From NCBI GenBank assembly GCA_002269645.1, contig NIVC01000211.1, positions 558,001 through 622,000 of the forward strand: a stretch of DNA of 64,000 nt, read 5' to 3'. Below are positions 61,601 to 64,000 of this stretch, piece after piece (position 1 is the stretch's first letter; each line of letters opens with the position of its first letter). The DNA is from Macrostomum lignano. Its lineage: Eukaryota. The notes under the pieces are model-generated. The model saw only the letters and a program-made list of their open reading frames with translations. It did no database searches and was not told the origin of the DNA. The position numbers and the translations under genes are program-made.

Positions 61601-63904
61601 AATCAGTCAACTCGTCTGGCAGGCTGAAAGCAACAAATAAACAAAATTTAAATTTAAACATAGGTCAAAAAACCAAACTAAATTTTAATATTCATGTTTG
61701 GGCATGCATCTAATTTCGTATAGAGGTAAATAAAAATCGCGGAAAAAATGTCATTAGTAGCAAAGCAAACAGCCAAGTGCATTGAAACAAAATCAAAAGC
61801 AATTTAAACAACATATAAACAAGAATATTCGTATTCATGCTTTTTATTCTCCGAGACAAAGCTTCCGGTTACCAAAAAAGGCGGGGGACAACGGTGCAAA
61901 CAACATCACATGGGTACTTACTGATGGCAAATTTCAATTTTTTCTGGAAAAAATTAAACAATTTCAAAAACAAATTTCAATTTCAAATCTGATTCCCCAG
62001 TCTGACATCATATCTGATTCCCCAGTCTGACATCAGATCTGATTCCCCAGTCTGACATCAGATCTGTTTCCCCAGTCTGACATCAGATCTGTTTCCCCAG
62101 TCTGACACCAGATCTGATTCCCCAGTCTGACACCAGATCTAATTCCCCAGTCTGACACCAGATCTAATTCCCCAGTCTGACACCAGATCTGATTCCCCAG
62201 TCTGACATCAGATCTGATTCCCCAGTCTGACATCAGATCTGATTCCCCAGTCTGACATCAGATCTGATTCCCCAGTCTGACACCAGATCTGATTCCCCAG
62301 TCTGACACCAGATCTGATTCCCCAGTCTGACACCAGATCTGTTTCCCCAGTCTGACATCAGATCTGATTCCCCAGTCTGACATCAGATCTGATTCCCCAG
62401 TCTGACACCAGATCTGATTCCCCAGTCTGACACCAGATCTGATTCCCCAGTCTGACACCAGATCTGGTTTTCCAGTCTGACATCACATTGGATTGCCAGT
62501 CTTATGCTTAAATTTTTACTATTCAAAGATTAAAACAATTAAAACAAACCCACCATTCCAACAGGTTGGAACTTAAATCAAGACTGTGCAGGTATCTGCA
62601 GGCCTTTAGTTCCACCGGTAACTCAATCAGACCTAAAAATAAAGAATAAAGTTTAAATTTAATCCTTTGAAGCACATTTTCAGCTGACAAACACAGAAAA
62701 GGGTTAATCATAATAGACAGCCAAATAAACTAGAAATCTTACAATTATTTCTGAGATTCAGTTCGCACAAGCTTGTCAATGATGCAATGCTTGGCGGCAG
62801 TGTGTGAATTATGTTGTTAGACAGCGATAAGTGGTACAGACTTTGGCAGCACAGGAGCTCCTGAAATTTGTTATTTATAAATGAGGATCGACTGTCAACC
62901 AGGATTTTTGTGAACTGATTATTAATTAGTGTTTTTAGGTCGAACATTGATAGGATATTTTCTGAAGGACAATTATAGATTGAATATTTTTGAGGGCCTA
63001 ATAATTAATGGCTGGCTATTTTTTGAAGGTCGTTCATTAATAGGATATTTTGAAGGCCGATCATTGATTGGGATTTTTGAAGGCCGATCATTGATTGGGA
63101 TTTTTGAAGGCCGATTATTGATTGGGTATTTTGAAGGCCGATTATTGATTGGGTATTTTGAAGGCCGATTATTGATTGGGTATTCTGAAGGCCGATTATT
63201 GATTGGGATTTTTGAAGGCCGATTATTGATTGGGTATTTTGAAGACCGATTATTGATTGGGTATTCTGAAGGCCGATTATTGATTGGGATTTTTGAAGGC
63301 CTATTATTGATTGGGATTTTTGAAGGCCGATCATTGATTGGGATATGTTGAAGGCCGATCATTGATTGGGATTTTTGAAGGCCGATCATTGATTGGGATT
63401 TTTGAAGGCCGATTATTGATTGGGTATTTTGAAGGCTGATTATTGATTGGGTATTCTGAAGGCCGATTATTGATTGGGATTTTTGAAGGCCTATTATTGA
63501 TTGGGATTTTTGAAGGCCGATCATTGATTGGGATATGTTGAAGGCCGATCATTGATTAGGACTTTTGAAGGCTGATTATTGATTTTGGGATTTTTGAAGC
63601 CCGATTATTGGTAGGATATTTCGAAGGACGATTTTTAATATCTAATTGTTAAAGGACGAATCCAAAATTGGGAATTTTATTGAGCCACTTCTCAATGCCA
63701 TTCTGAAGTTGAATTCTGAAAAGTTGATTTATTAATTACCTTTCGAATTTCTGCAATTTTATTATCATCCAACAGCAGCACTTCCAGGGTTGCTTCATTT
63801 TTAAAAGCGTCCATTGGCACCTCCAGTAGACGTTGGCCAGTGAAGTCCAGGGTTCGAATCTCAGCCAATCGCTTTGGCCGAAATGAGCATAACAGACGCT
63901 CCAT
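55647..63904 (-). CDS. LAP-family LRR + LAPSD + single PDZ protein (Erbin / Densin-180 / Lap1-like), 8 coding exons, ~1015 aa
   Basis: Exons (minus): 63740-63904, 62743-62860, 62554-62632, 61534-61623, 60055-60175, 58827-59459, 57623-58018, 55647-57092; phases consistent (3048 nt). Tandem LRRs (LEVLLLDDNKI, LYHLSLSNNII, LEVRDNSL, LDVGENQL), LAPSDa motif ALWLSDNQSEPMPRLQ...VLTCYLLPQ, and a C-terminal PDZ (GLGFSIA...VSRVSPDGPA.GRLRPGDRLVEANG). Exact ortholog not assigned. Confidence 0.88.
56391..56795 (-). repeat. 27-bp coding minisatellite in the last LAP exon, (PPSPNHQSV)x15
   Basis: In frame within exon 55647-57092. Confidence 0.9.
57190..57540. repeat. 14-bp minisatellite
   Basis: Unit gattcttcaggggc. 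Confidence 0.88.
58060..58760. repeat. Degenerate ttcaggg/gagagtc/aaacac repeat
   Basis: Shares the ttcaggg core with 57190-57540 on the other side of LAP exon 7. Confidence 0.82.
59490..60002. repeat. 34-bp minisatellite
   Basis: Unit gacctgatgagtactctcatgaccaataatgaat. Confidence 0.93.
60312..60612 (+). mobile_element. tRNA-derived CORE-SINE (MIR-core-like) in LAP intron 4, antisense to the gene
   Basis: A-box tagcctagtggttagagc, B-box ggttcgattccc, then tgtgtccttgagcaagacacttaactctgcattgcttcagttcacccagctgtaaaatggg, which resembles the recalled MIR/CORE consensus (tgtgaccttgggcaagtcacttaac...catctgtaaaatggg). Ends in an (ATT)n tail. Confidence 0.8.
61190..61238 (-). mobile_element. Degenerate Penelope-like-element type I hammerhead ribozyme motif
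   Basis: Minus strand: gtcctc CTGAAG ggcgt cttcttcgtt acgtcc GAAACGTA acggat. It has a stem II and the loopless palindromic stem III (ACGT), but the CUGANGA core is imperfect and stem I is mismatched. Confidence 0.45.
61990..62485. repeat. 25-bp minisatellite
   Basis: Unit ccccagtctgaca(t/c)cagatctgatt. Confidence 0.94.
62950..63640. repeat. 27-bp minisatellite
   Basis: Unit gaaggccgattattgattgggtatttt. Confidence 0.93.
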
Positions 63905-64000
63905 TGATTAAACAATGGGCTTGAATATAAATTATGTTTATTGCAGTTTCTTGCTGGAGTTGCTAAAAATTAAAAAAAACTTTTTATTTGAATCGAAAAA

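Noticed and set aside
63848-63865. B-box-like ggttcgaatc
   Set aside because: It lies inside the first LAP coding exon with no A box; chance match.

Overview
Eukaryotic (metazoan) genomic DNA: GC-rich spliced exons with GT-AG introns, and introns and intergenic DNA packed with mini- and microsatellites. The style suggests a free-living flatworm such as Macrostomum (inference, not verified). Five protein-coding genes can be built by hand. (1) CFAP61, minus strand, 15 exons, ~1271 aa. (2) DNAL1, minus strand, only ~640 bp upstream of CFAP61; its start codon is unresolved. (3) An uncharacterised, disordered ~1036-aa protein, minus strand, 3 exons. (4) An Iroquois (Irx) TALE homeobox gene, plus strand, 4 exons, ~464 aa. 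(5) A single-PDZ LAP-family gene (Erbin/Densin/Lap1-like), minus strand, 8 exons, ~1015 aa. Also present are three copies of a tRNA-headed SINE, one CORE/MIR-like SINE, a Penelope-type hammerhead vestige and about 35 tandem-repeat arrays. Best leads: a possible DNAL1-CFAP61 ciliary operon with a spliced-leader-supplied start codon; an intronic 24-bp array in which every unit is an in-frame AG|GT splice junction; a candidate spliced non-coding transcription unit with a CCAAT/TATA promoter; and large inverted satellite pairs plus twin RFX X-boxes flanking Irx. Protein identities rest on recalled homolog sequences; no searches were run. Most long ORFs in the supplied track are repeat or antisense artefacts.
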